Shown in pieces: positions 40,033 to 50,818 of a stretch of DNA of 64,000 nucleotides. Origin of the DNA: Planctomycetota bacterium (GTDB lineage Bacteria; Planctomycetota; Brocadiia; CAIUPP01); contig JAKJEM010000008.1 in assembly GCA_022705425.1 (NCBI GenBank), positions 24,980 to 88,979 on the forward strand. Reading direction: 5' to 3'. The position numbers and the translations under genes were made by a program. A model generated the notes under the pieces. It worked only from the letters and a program-made list of their open reading frames with translations. It searched no databases and was not told the DNA's origin. The stretch's first letter is position 1; every line of letters begins with the position of its first letter.

Positions 40033-41256
40033 TCAGCCCCCCCCGGCGCGTGTCCCGGCGCCGACCTCCGCCCGCAGGCGGACCACCCGCCGTTCATTTG
40101 CCTCGATAACCTCCAGCCGGAGTCTCCCGTGCTCGCAGACGTCGCCCTTGGCGGGAATCCGCCCCACGCTGGAGGTCACAAAGCCGCCGATCGTCTGATA
40201 ATCCTCCGACTCCGGCACGTCGGCAAAGAACTGCTCGTTGAACTCCGGCACACGCATCGCCGCGAGCACCTCCGCTACCCGCCCCGGCTCGACCCAGCGC
40301 AGCATCGGCGGCTCCTGGCCGGGAATCTCATGCTCGTCGCGGATGTCGCCAATGAGTTCCTCGACGACGTCCTCCAGCGTGACCAACCCCCGTGTCCCGC
40401 CATATTCGTCCAGCACGATCCCCAGGTGCATGTTGCTTTCCTGCAATTCGCCCAGGAGTTCCCACACGGTCTTGGTTTCCGGGATGAAGAACGGCTTGCG
40501 GAGCAGTTCATTGACCCCCGGCTGCTTCCAGCGTTCCGTGGAGGCGTACTTCAACAGGTCCTTGGCGTGCAGAACGCCGACGACGTGATCGCGTGTGCCG
40601 CGGAAGACCGGCAGGCGTGAATAGCCGCTCTGCAACGCCGCCTGGGCTGCCATCTCCAGTGTAGCCGTCTCCGATACGGTAACCATCTCCGGGCGGGGCG
40701 TCATGATCTCCCGCACCTGGATGTGCCTCAGACGCAACGCCGTACGGAAAAGCTCGCGCGCCTCCGACTCCTCCCCGAGGCGGGGCGCATCCGAGGGCGT
40801 GGCGGCGCCCGTGTCGGCCCCCTCGTTGCGCGGCGTCTGCACCAGCCAGCGCAAGAGTCGAAAGGGCGCACCGGCCACGCGGTACAGCGGCGGCGTCACA
40901 TATACCACCAGTTCATCGCACAGGCGCCACGCCGCAATCTCCGGCGCCACCCAGGTCAGTCCCAGCAGCAGCAGCCCGATGTCAATCAGCCGGTACCCCA
41001 TCGCCAGCGCGTCGAGATGAACGGCCAGAAAGATCGCCAGCAGGACCGCCGTCGTGCTTCCGATGACCGTCAGGGCGGTGATGACCAGCCCTCGCTCCTC
41101 CAGGCAGCGTTGGAGCGCCTGCCGCCGGGGGCGGCTCAGGTCCAGCGACTCCAGGCGCGACCAGGTGATGACCCCCAAGGCTCGCCCCGCCGCAAAGAAC
41201 AGCGACGTCGCCAACGCCAACGCAAAAGGCAGCACGATGTAGAACATCTCGGTCAC
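40033..41256 (-). CDS. CNNM/CorC-family transporter-associated protein (DUF21 TM domain plus CBS pair plus CorC_HlyC)
   Basis: N-terminal four-TM DUF21, tandem CBS domains and a C-terminal CorC/HlyC domain. Corresponds to ybeX in the ybeZ-ybeY-ybeX arrangement. Confidence 0.8.
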   Translation of the reverse strand: MTEMFYIVLPFALALATSLFFAAGRALGVITWSRLESLDLSRPRRQALQRCLEERGLVITALTVIGSTTAVLLAIFLAVHLDALAMGYRLIDIGLLLLGLTWVAPEIAAWRLCDELVVYVTPPLYRVAGAPFRLLRWLVQTPRNEGADTGAATPSDAPRLGEESEARELFRTALRLRHIQVREIMTPRPEMVTVSETATLEMAAQAALQSGYSRLPVFRGTRDHVVGVLHAKDLLKYASTERWKQPGVNELLRKPFFIPETKTVWELLGELQESNMHLGIVLDEYGGTRGLVTLEDVVEELIGDIRDEHEIPGQEPPMLRWVEPGRVAEVLAAMRVPEFNEQFFADVPESEDYQTIGGFVTSSVGRIPAKGDVCEHGRLRLEVIEANERRVVRLRAEVGAGTRAGGG

Positions 41257-41750
41257 CGGTCACTCCCTCCCCGCGGCGAACGCCGTCGCGCCGGGCGCAC
41301 ACAGGGCCACCCTGCCGCCGCCAGAACCTCCGCCTCGCGCGCGTACATCCTCTGCCGGTCCTTCGCGGTGTGATCGTCGAAGCCTTGCAGATGGATCAGC
41401 CCGTGCGCAATGTACAAGGCCATCTCCTCCTGAGGCTCCACCGCGCGCGCCCGAGCCTCGGCGGCGGCGCGTGTGGCATTCACAATGACCTCGCCCACCG
41501 GTCCGTCATCGCCGCCGGAGAGGTCGAAGGCCAGCACGTCGGTATCCCCCGTCCGTCCGGTGAAGCGCCCGTTCAGCGCCGTCATCTCCCGTCCGTCAAC
41601 CAGCACGATGCTGACCGTCGCACCGTGCCAGTTCGCCGGCGAAGCGGCGCGCGCCAGCGCGCGCACACGGCGATGGGGCATCGGCACCACGCTCTGCCGG
41701 TCGCAGACGGCTACGCGAAGGGAAGCCTCCGCGCGGCGCTTCTCCCTCAT
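41253..41750 (-). CDS. ybeY: rRNA maturation endoribonuclease YbeY
   Basis: HGLIHLQGFDDH metal-binding motif (H..H.....H). Overlaps the corC-like gene by 4 bp. Confidence 0.85.
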   Translation of the reverse strand: MREKRRAEASLRVAVCDRQSVVPMPHRRVRALARAASPANWHGATVSIVLVDGREMTALNGRFTGRTGDTDVLAFDLSGGDDGPVGEVIVNATRAAAEARARAVEPQEEMALYIAHGLIHLQGFDDHTAKDRQRMYAREAEVLAAAGWPCVRPARRRSPRGGSDR

Positions 41751-44029
41751 GGCTGCCCCCCGGACGGGGCCGCCGGCGCGCCGGGATAGCGAATGCGGGA
41801 GTGCGCCATCGCCAGCAGGCTCCGCGCCAGGCTCCGCTCCACCGCGCGAACGTCCGTGATGTCCATCCGCGATTCGTCCAACTGTCCGTCGCGCAGGCGC
41901 GCTTCGACCAGTTCGTGGACCAGGCGCTCGACGGCCGCCGGCGACGGTGTGCTCAACGCCCGTGTCGCCGACTCCGCCGCGTCGGCCAGCATCACAATCG
42001 CCGACTCGCGGCTGCGCGGCCTGGGACCCCGGTAACGGAACATGGACTCCTTCACCTCGCCGCCGGTCTTTTCAGCCTCCTTCTGCGCCTTGCGATAGAA
42101 GAACTCCGCCACGTACGTGCCGTGATGCTCGGCGATGATCCGCCGAATTGGCGCGGGAACGCCGTACTGCTCCGCGATCTCGACGCCGTCCTTCGTGTGC
42201 GCCGTCAGGATCAGGGCGCTCAGCGTCGGGGAAAGGTTGGCGTGCGGGCTGGGGCGTCCTTCCAGATTTTCGATGAAGTAGTCCGGGCGCGCGATCTTGC
42301 CGACATCGTGCAGATACCCGCCCGCACAGGCCAGGAGAGGATTGGCGCCGATCTCCTTGGCCGCGCCCTCGGCCAGGCTGCTGACGACGGCGCTGTGGTG
42401 GTAGCTTCCCGGCGCGTCGAGGGCCAGACGCCGCAGCAACGGTTGATTCTGATCGGTCCACTCCAGCAGGCGCATGTCGGTGGCAACGTCGAACGCTCTT
42501 TCCACGTACGGCATTCCCGCCGACAGCAGGGCCCCGGCCAGAGCGCCGCTGCCCAGCGCTCCCACGGCATCCTCCACGGGGAAACGGGCGGTGGCAAACT
42601 CGCCCATACCGTACTGCCAGGTCCACACCGCCGCCACGGCGGAGGCCTGGATCACTCCGGCGACAATCCCCGTTTCGAACGCATGGGTCCGACGCCGCAG
42701 ATGGCCGCTGAGCAACGCCGCCGCCGCTCCGCTCAAGGCCAGCGGCAAGGCTGCCGCCGCGCCTTGGGCGCTCATCAGAGACGTCAGCGCGCCCAGGAAG
42801 GCCGTCGTTGCCAGGGCCATTCCCGGTCCGGCCGTCACCGTCACGAACATGGCGGCCAGCGGGATCGGGGTCCACTGGGGCGAAACGCCCAGGTTTTCGA
42901 GTACTCGCAACGTCGTCAAGGCTGTCAGGCACGCCAGATAGATTCCCGCGATGCGGGTGTTCGACTCAAAGACCTCCGGCTTCATGCGCGACACACCCAG
43001 CGTCAACAACACAAAGGCGCACACGAAGAGAACCGTCATTCCAAGCGCGGCGGCGCCGGCCCGACGCATTTCGGCGTGTCGTTCCTCCGCCTCTTGGGAT
43101 CCGGTGCGCGCTTTGCCCCACGCTGCGCTCTCCGCGCGCAGCTCGCGCAGCGCCGCCGGAGTGGCCGGCTCACCGGCGGAGAGAATGAGGGTGTCCTTGA
43201 TGACCGTGCGAAAGCGTTCCGGCGCCCGGCTGCGCGCCAGACGCATGGATTCCGCCGTTGCCGGCCCATCGAGCTTCAAGGTCGGCGAGAAGCGCGGCAA
43301 CAGCGCCTCCGTCACTGCATGACGGAAGGCGTCACTCTTCCCCCCAAAGAGCGGCTGTAACTCCTCGAAGAGGAACTCCCGAACGCCGCCGGGATACTCG
43401 AGGGTGAGCGTCGTGCTGCGGCGCGCCTCCTCCGAAGCCGCCCCCTCTCCGCGTGCCAGGAACTCATAGCGCGAAGACCCCAGTTCGGCCTGTCGCGTGG
43501 CGCTGTCCATGATGCCGTAGGCAACGGCCTTCCGAGCCGCTTCGGCCACGGCGTCCGCCGCTTGACGCACCCACTTGCGGTCCAACCCTTCCTTCAGGGT
43601 CTGGAACTCCGCCTCCGAAAGCCCCCACTTCGTCTTGAGGTCCTGCGCCTTGCGGGCGTCGAGCACGTCGCTCAGCAACCGCTCCGCCTGGGCGTGAAGG
43701 TCCGCCAAGTGCCCCGCCGATTCGCGGAAGACGCGCGGGGCGCGCCCCTCGGCGTCCTCGCGGCTCAGGCGAGTGGCTTCGGCATCGGCCACGCGGAAGG
43801 TGACGCGCGCGCGGTAGTCTCGCCGCGCACTTTCGCCCTCCTTGAGCGATGGAATCGGGCTGCGCAGGTTCAACGCCAGTACCGCGGCAGCCATGAAGAA
43901 TGCCGTCATGGCGTAGCAGACGGCGCGCTTTCCGGGTGGAGTCAGCGAACGCGGCGGGGCGGGGGCCGGAGGCCGCGCCACCACCGCTGCCACCCGCTTC
44001 AACTTCCCGGATTTTCGACGCCAAGTCAT
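41747..44029 (-). CDS. pgpH: 7TM receptor with intracellular HD-domain phosphohydrolase (PgpH/YqfF-type; PgpH is a c-di-AMP phosphodiesterase in Listeria)
   Basis: 760 aa: N-terminal extracytoplasmic region, seven TM helices, and a C-terminal HD domain (HDVGKIARPDYFIEN, H..H..D). Sits in the phoH-pgpH-ybeY position, as for B. subtilis yqfF. Confidence 0.75.
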   Translation of the reverse strand: MTWRRKSGKLKRVAAVVARPPAPAPPRSLTPPGKRAVCYAMTAFFMAAAVLALNLRSPIPSLKEGESARRDYRARVTFRVADAEATRLSREDAEGRAPRVFRESAGHLADLHAQAERLLSDVLDARKAQDLKTKWGLSEAEFQTLKEGLDRKWVRQAADAVAEAARKAVAYGIMDSATRQAELGSSRYEFLARGEGAASEEARRSTTLTLEYPGGVREFLFEELQPLFGGKSDAFRHAVTEALLPRFSPTLKLDGPATAESMRLARSRAPERFRTVIKDTLILSAGEPATPAALRELRAESAAWGKARTGSQEAEERHAEMRRAGAAALGMTVLFVCAFVLLTLGVSRMKPEVFESNTRIAGIYLACLTALTTLRVLENLGVSPQWTPIPLAAMFVTVTAGPGMALATTAFLGALTSLMSAQGAAAALPLALSGAAAALLSGHLRRRTHAFETGIVAGVIQASAVAAVWTWQYGMGEFATARFPVEDAVGALGSGALAGALLSAGMPYVERAFDVATDMRLLEWTDQNQPLLRRLALDAPGSYHHSAVVSSLAEGAAKEIGANPLLACAGGYLHDVGKIARPDYFIENLEGRPSPHANLSPTLSALILTAHTKDGVEIAEQYGVPAPIRRIIAEHHGTYVAEFFYRKAQKEAEKTGGEVKESMFRYRGPRPRSRESAIVMLADAAESATRALSTPSPAAVERLVHELVEARLRDGQLDESRMDITDVRAVERSLARSLLAMAHSRIRYPGAPAAPSGGQP

Positions 44030-44038
44030 GCCTGCCCC

Positions 44039-45019
44039 CTATCCGCCCGTAGCCCGTGCGCCCCGGTCGCGCGCCTCATAGGCGTCCACGATGTCCTGCA
44101 CCAGCCGGTGGCGGATAATGTCGCGCTGCGTCAGTGTGGCGAAACCGATCCCCCGCGTGCCCCGAAGCAGTGCCGTCGCCTCCACCATCCCCGAGACCTC
44201 GTGTCCCGGCAGATCGGTCTGGCTGACGTCGCCGGTGACCACGCTTTTCGACGCCGCTCCCAGACGTGTCAGGAACATCTGCATCTGCTTGCGCGTACAG
44301 TTCTGCCCCTCGTCGAGGATAATGAAAGCCCGGTCGAGGGTCCGCCCGCGCATGAAGGCCAGGGGCACGACCTCGACGACGTCATTCTCCATGTAGCGAC
44401 GAAGCTGATCGAAGGACATCATGTCGTGCAGGGCGTCATACAACGGGCGCAGGTACGGATCCACCTTCTCCTCAAGCCCCCCCGGCAAGAAGCCGAGGCG
44501 CTCACCCGCCTCAACGGCCGGACGCGTCAGGACGATCTTGCGGACGGCGTCGCGCTTCAGTGCCGCCACCGCCATAGCCACGGCAAGGTAGGTCTTGCCG
44601 CTCCCCGCCGGCCCCACGCAGAAGACCAGGTCGTTTTCGGCAATGGCCCGCAGATAGGCGGCCTGGCCCGCTGTGCGCGGGCGAATGGTACGCCCCGGAA
44701 GAAAGACGTCAATCCGCGCGTCCTCAACGCCGCTCTCCAGCGCACGGTGGCGGGCGACCGCCTCCTCGATGATCTCGGGCGGCACCGGGCGCGCATCAAG
44801 GATGCCGGACAGCAGGTCGCGCACGACGAGGGCCGCCAGCCGGACGGACGCGGCATCGCCTTGGAGGATCACCTCGTTGCCGCGCACTGTGGCCCGAACG
44901 TTGCAGGCGTCGCGGAGGATGCGCAGGTTGCGGTCCTGGCGTCCCAGCAGACCGCGCAGCCGTTCGATATCCTCCACCCGCAAGCTCTCAGCGGCGTGGT
45001 CCGGTTCACGCGCCGGCAT
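44039..45019 (-). CDS. phoH: PhoH-family ATPase (YbeZ-like)
   Basis: Walker A GPAGSGKT and conserved PhoH blocks. Start set at the internal ATG with a GGAGG RBS, which removes the overlap with uppS. Confidence 0.85.
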   Translation of the reverse strand: MPAREPDHAAESLRVEDIERLRGLLGRQDRNLRILRDACNVRATVRGNEVILQGDAASVRLAALVVRDLLSGILDARPVPPEIIEEAVARHRALESGVEDARIDVFLPGRTIRPRTAGQAAYLRAIAENDLVFCVGPAGSGKTYLAVAMAVAALKRDAVRKIVLTRPAVEAGERLGFLPGGLEEKVDPYLRPLYDALHDMMSFDQLRRYMENDVVEVVPLAFMRGRTLDRAFIILDEGQNCTRKQMQMFLTRLGAASKSVVTGDVSQTDLPGHEVSGMVEATALLRGTRGIGFATLTQRDIIRHRLVQDIVDAYEARDRGARATGG

Positions 45020-45788
45020 TTCTGCGTCCTCCGTGCGCGGACAGGGGTTCTCCGCCCAGCCCGCCGAAGCGCCGTTCACGCCCCGCGTAGTCGTTGAAGG
45101 CCGTCCGGAGTTCGGCCTCGCGGAAATCAGGCCAGCAGATCGGGGTGAACCACAACTCCGCGTAGGAAACCTCCCAAAGAAGGAAGTTGCTGATGCGCAT
45201 TTCGCCCCCGGTTCGGATCAGCAGGTCCGGGTCGCGCATCTGCCCGTCATACAAGCAGCCCCGCAGCGCCTCTTCCGTCACATCCTGCGGAGCAATCTCC
45301 CCTCGAACGGCCGCCTCCGCGATGCGCTTCGCCGCGTCGAGGATTTCCTGCCGCCCGCCGTAATTCAGGGCCAGACGCAGGATCATCCCCCCGTTAACGG
45401 AGGAGGTCGCGATGGCGCGTTCGAGATCGCGCCGAACGCGCGCCGGCAACTCCGCCAGGCGTCCGATCGCACGCAAGCGGATGCGGTTCTCCATGATCTC
45501 CGGCATCTCCGCCGCCAGGAAGGTGCGCAGCAGCTCCATCAGGAAGTGCACCTCCGTCTTCGGACGCCGCCAGTTCTCTGTAGAGAAGGCGTAAAGCGTC
45601 AGTTCCTGCACCCCCAGCCGGGCGCACTCGCGCACCACGGCGCGCACGGACTCGGCGCCCTCGGCGTGTCCGCGGTGGCGCGGCAATCCCTTGCGCCGCG
45701 CCCAGCGTCCGTTGCCGTCCATGATGACGGCTACGTGACGCGGGACACGCTCTTGCGGCGTCGCTTTGCTGTCCGAATCCGAACCCAT
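45006..45788 (-). CDS. uppS: isoprenyl transferase / undecaprenyl-diphosphate synthase
   Basis: HVAVIMDGNGRWA, ENWRRP and the cis-prenyltransferase fold. Confidence 0.85.
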   Translation of the reverse strand: MGSDSDSKATPQERVPRHVAVIMDGNGRWARRKGLPRHRGHAEGAESVRAVVRECARLGVQELTLYAFSTENWRRPKTEVHFLMELLRTFLAAEMPEIMENRIRLRAIGRLAELPARVRRDLERAIATSSVNGGMILRLALNYGGRQEILDAAKRIAEAAVRGEIAPQDVTEEALRGCLYDGQMRDPDLLIRTGGEMRISNFLLWEVSYAELWFTPICWPDFREAELRTAFNDYAGRERRFGGLGGEPLSAHGGRRNAGA

Positions 45789-45805
45789 CGCCGCCCTTCC
45801 GCCGC

Positions 45806-47224
<1,419 letters not shown>

Positions 47225-47241
47225 CTATATTCGCTGCTGTC

Positions 47242-48777
47242 ATGGGTGATATCCTCCGAAAGACGCCCTCTGAAAAGCACGTCGCGATCGTCGGCGCCGG
47301 CCCCGGCGGCTTGACGGCGGCCATGCTGCTCGCCGCGCGCGGCTTCCGCGTAACGGTCCTCGAAGCCAAGGACCGCGTCGGCGGGCGGAACGCCGAACTA
47401 CGCGTCGGCCCCTACCTCTTTGACGTCGGTCCCACCTTCCTGATGATGAAGTTCCTCCTCGACGAGGTATTCGAGGAAAGCGGTCTGCGGTCGGAGGACT
47501 TCATGTCCTTCCGACGCCTTGAGCCGATGTATCGCCTTCAATTCGACGATGTCCGACTGGAGCCGACGACGGACGGGGCGGAGATGAAGCGTCGCCTCGC
47601 CGCCGCCTTTCCCGGCCAGGAGCGCGGCTATGATGCCTATATGCGCCGCGAAGGCATCCGGTTCAAGCGGATGCTTCCCTGCCTGCAGAAGCATTACTCC
47701 ACGGCCGCCACGATGCTCTCGCCCGATCTCCTCAAGGCGCTGCCGGTGCTTTCGGTCGGGCGGAGTCTCTATTCCGTCCTGGGGAACTACTTCGAACCGG
47801 AGAAGTTGCGCCTCGCCTTCACCTTCCAGTCGAAGTACCTCGGGATGTCTCCTTGGGAGTGTCCCGGCGCCTTCGCCATCCTCAGCTACGTCGAACACGC
47901 CTTCGGCGTCTATCACGTCATGGGCGGATTGAGCCGCATCTCGCAGGGGCTGGCCGAAGCGGCCGCGCGGTGCGGCGCGGCACTGCGCCTCAACGCGCCG
48001 GTCCGTCGCGTCCTGCTCAATCGCCGAGCCGCCGTCGGCGTCGAGCTTCAATCCGGCGAGCGCATCCTGGCCGACGAAGTCGTCGTCAATGCCGACTTCG
48101 GCCACGCCATGACACGCCTTTTTCCCGCCGCCGCCCTTCGGAAATACTCCCCGCCCCAGCTCGAAAGGCGCCGTTTCAGTTGCTCCACCTTCATGCTGTA
48201 TCTGGGACTGGACAGAATCTATCCCCTGCCGCACCATGCCGTCTTCTTTGCCCGCGACTATCGCGGCAACATCGGCGACATCTTCAGCGGCGGACGCCTC
48301 AGCGCCGACTGCTCCTTCTACATCCGCAACGCCAGCATCACGGACCCCCACCTGGCCCCCGAGGGACACAGCGCCGTGTACGTCCTGGTTCCCGTTCCCA
48401 ACCGTTTCGCCCCCGTGGACTGGGCGTCCGAGCGCGGCCCCTTCCGCGCCCGCATCCTGCGCGCCCTCGCGGAGCGCGCGGGCATGGAGGACATCGAGTC
48501 GCACATCCGGGCGGAAGAGGTCATCACCCCTCTGGACTGGGAGGAGCGTTACGCCGTTTACAAAGGCGCCACCTTCAACCTGGCGCACACCCTCGGCCAG
48601 ATGCTCTACCTGCGCCCCCGGAACAAGTTCGAGGAGTTCGACCGCTGCTACCTCGTCGGCGGCGGGACCCACCCCGGCAGCGGATTGCCCACCATCTTCG
48701 AGTCCGGACGCATTGCGGCCAACCTCATCAGCACCCGGCACGGTGTCCGCTACGTCTCGAAGAACGTTATGGTCTGA
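47242..48777 (+). CDS. phytoene desaturase-family FAD-dependent oxidase (CrtI-like)
   Basis: Dinucleotide-binding motif [24 protein letters not shown] and CrtI-family blocks. Start at the ATG with no obvious RBS. A promoter-like -10 lies about 10 nt upstream, so the transcript may be near-leaderless. Confidence 0.7.
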   Translation: MGDILRKTPSEKHVAIVGAGPGGLTAAMLLAARGFRVTVLEAKDRVGGRNAELRVGPYLFDVGPTFLMMKFLLDEVFEESGLRSEDFMSFRRLEPMYRLQFDDVRLEPTTDGAEMKRRLAAAFPGQERGYDAYMRREGIRFKRMLPCLQKHYSTAATMLSPDLLKALPVLSVGRSLYSVLGNYFEPEKLRLAFTFQSKYLGMSPWECPGAFAILSYVEHAFGVYHVMGGLSRISQGLAEAAARCGAALRLNAPVRRVLLNRRAAVGVELQSGERILADEVVVNADFGHAMTRLFPAAALRKYSPPQLERRRFSCSTFMLYLGLDRIYPLPHHAVFFARDYRGNIGDIFSGGRLSADCSFYIRNASITDPHLAPEGHSAVYVLVPVPNRFAPVDWASERGPFRARILRALAERAGMEDIESHIRAEEVITPLDWEERYAVYKGATFNLAHTLGQMLYLRPRNKFEEFDRCYLVGGGTHPGSGLPTIFESGRIAANLISTRHGVRYVSKNVMV

Positions 48778-48799
48778 ATCGGCGTCCGGCTGCAACTTC

Positions 48800-50818
48800 T
48801 TACGTCGCGTCGAGCGCCAGACGCCATTCCCCTTGATCTGTTTCGACCACGATCACGCTCCCCTCCATGCGCAGGCGGGGGATTGCGGCGCGTCCGCGAA
48901 CCGGCGCAAAGGCGAAGGCGCGCAGGGAACGGGCGCAGCGGCGCGAGAACCGCACCCATCGCGCCGGCGACTTCACCGCGTAGTTCGGGCACCAGAACCG
49001 GGCCTCATCGCGGAGGGAGTAGGCCTCCGCATCCAGCGCTGCGATCCCCAATCCGATCTTCGCGTCAAGCGTCGCACGCCACCCCCCCGCCGCCGGTTCG
49101 ATCGGTTCGGTTCCCGGTATGAGCCACGCGTTCGTCCACACCTGTTCCGAAGGCGATTCGATGCGGTCCGCCACGAGCATCCAAGGCGCATCCGCCCGTG
49201 AGCAGACTGCCACCGTTCTGCAGACGACAGCCTGCGACTCGCCCGTGAACCCCGTGATCCGGCTGCACAGGCGAAGGATATCCCCCTCATCCCGTCCGCT
49301 CGTCGGTCCGATCCGGTTGTCTCCTGGCGTCGAGATGATCGGCAGCGGATTGCGCGCGGCGGGCGTGTCCGCCGAGATCGGCGTTTCCTCGGGAATGACC
49401 GTGTTGTGCGACCATGGCATCTGCACCCACACGCGGTCCGGGTCGCGTCCGTCGTAGATCCATCGGCCCGGATCCACCAGGATCGGACGCCCCAGGGCAT
49501 CGAAATGGACCGTCAGGTTCGCCTTATGCGCGTGCCCGGCCCGCGTGGGCCCGTTGTCCAGGATGACCAGAGCCGCGTCCGTTCGCCCTGACGCGCGCGC
49601 CACTGCCACCCCGGCGCAGGGGAAGACCGTCACCCGCGCCTTCTCACCCACACAGTTCCTCGCGTCCCACTCCGCCCCGTCCGACACCCACAGGCTGGCG
49701 TACGACGGCGCAATCGGCCGCTGGAACTTCATGTCTGGAAAGGCGGCGCGAATCAGCGCCAGCGCCCCACGCCATCCTTCCGTCCGGTCGCTGTCGCTCA
49801 GGAGCGGCGTCCGCCCCTCCGGGGTAACGAGAGCGTCCAGATATTCCCCCATCGCCCGCAGACGCGGCCCATATTTCTCATGCCAGCGTTCACCCCAGCG
49901 TTGCCCGGCGATGTAGCTCACTCCGTACCAGCGGATGCAGCCGATATGGTAGTCCGCCGATTTCTCCCATTGCGCTCCATCCTCCCAGACTGCGGCCATC
50001 AGGCTGGTTTCCAGCCATCGCCGCGCCGATTCCTTCCAGAGCGGCATACCGGTGAACTCCGGCAGGGCCGAAGCCCACAGGTAGAGCGGCTCCATCTGCA
50101 TCGTGAACTTGTTGTGCTCGACCATGCGGAACGGGCGCGCGGCAACGGCATCGAAGAGGCGCAGACACCGCGCCAGGAGCACCGCATGGCGCTCAGGTGT
50201 CATCTCCGAAGCCCAGAGCGAGAGCCAATAGGCCCAATACCAGTTCATCAAGCGGATGTAGCCGTTGAGGTCGTGGTAGGTCGGCAGGCGGGCGTCCTCG
50301 TCGTCAATCCGCTGGACACCGTGAACAAGCAGGTCGTCGCGGAAGGGAACCTTCTCCACATAGAAGTCCCACTCGCGGACGAGCGCATCAAAGTAGCGCG
50401 TCGAGCGATTGAGCCAGTACTGGCGCGCCAGGCACGCCAGCCAGCGGCAGCGGTTCAGACCGTGAATCGCCTCCGGGTCGAAGTGACGGATCGTGCGGAA
50501 GTCAAAGACGTTGCGGTCCACCGCAAGAAAGGACTCCGCGTGCGGGTTGCTCGCCGCATAGAGACGTCCCTCGACAGCCTCATCGGCGATGCGGCGTTCC
50601 CACGCGCTCTCCCGGGGGTCCAGCGCTTCCGCCCGCGCGGCGATGTGCTCGATCCTCTCCGGCAAGAAGAGCACCTCCGCGCCCTGCCGCCCGCGAAGAT
50701 AGTCGCGAAGCTTTCGCGCGAAGTCCGCCCCTTCCAGTCCGGCACACACGTCCGGGTCAAGCCGGCGTCGAATCAGACGTAGCGCCGCCGCAACGACCGG
50801 GGCATTGGCTTTGTCCAT
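48800..50818 (-). CDS. heparinase II/III-family polysaccharide lyase-like protein (alginate-lyase-like N-terminal toroid plus Hepar_II_III C-terminal domain), no signal peptide
   Basis: GHAHKANLTVHFDALGRPILVDPG matches the heparinase II/III signature (GHxHxD..L..). The N-terminal half is W/Y-rich alpha-toroid-like. Start at the ATG MDKANAPVV; a weak RBS is present. Confidence 0.65.
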   Translation of the reverse strand: MDKANAPVVAAALRLIRRRLDPDVCAGLEGADFARKLRDYLRGRQGAEVLFLPERIEHIAARAEALDPRESAWERRIADEAVEGRLYAASNPHAESFLAVDRNVFDFRTIRHFDPEAIHGLNRCRWLACLARQYWLNRSTRYFDALVREWDFYVEKVPFRDDLLVHGVQRIDDEDARLPTYHDLNGYIRLMNWYWAYWLSLWASEMTPERHAVLLARCLRLFDAVAARPFRMVEHNKFTMQMEPLYLWASALPEFTGMPLWKESARRWLETSLMAAVWEDGAQWEKSADYHIGCIRWYGVSYIAGQRWGERWHEKYGPRLRAMGEYLDALVTPEGRTPLLSDSDRTEGWRGALALIRAAFPDMKFQRPIAPSYASLWVSDGAEWDARNCVGEKARVTVFPCAGVAVARASGRTDAALVILDNGPTRAGHAHKANLTVHFDALGRPILVDPGRWIYDGRDPDRVWVQMPWSHNTVIPEETPISADTPAARNPLPIISTPGDNRIGPTSGRDEGDILRLCSRITGFTGESQAVVCRTVAVCSRADAPWMLVADRIESPSEQVWTNAWLIPGTEPIEPAAGGWRATLDAKIGLGIAALDAEAYSLRDEARFWCPNYAVKSPARWVRFSRRCARSLRAFAFAPVRGRAAIPRLRMEGSVIVVETDQGEWRLALDAT

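Noticed and set aside
48778-48799. Possible bidirectional terminator in the 22-bp gap between the convergent crtI-like and lyase-like genes.
   Set aside because: No GC-rich stem followed by a T-tract. The gap is too short and lacks dyad symmetry.
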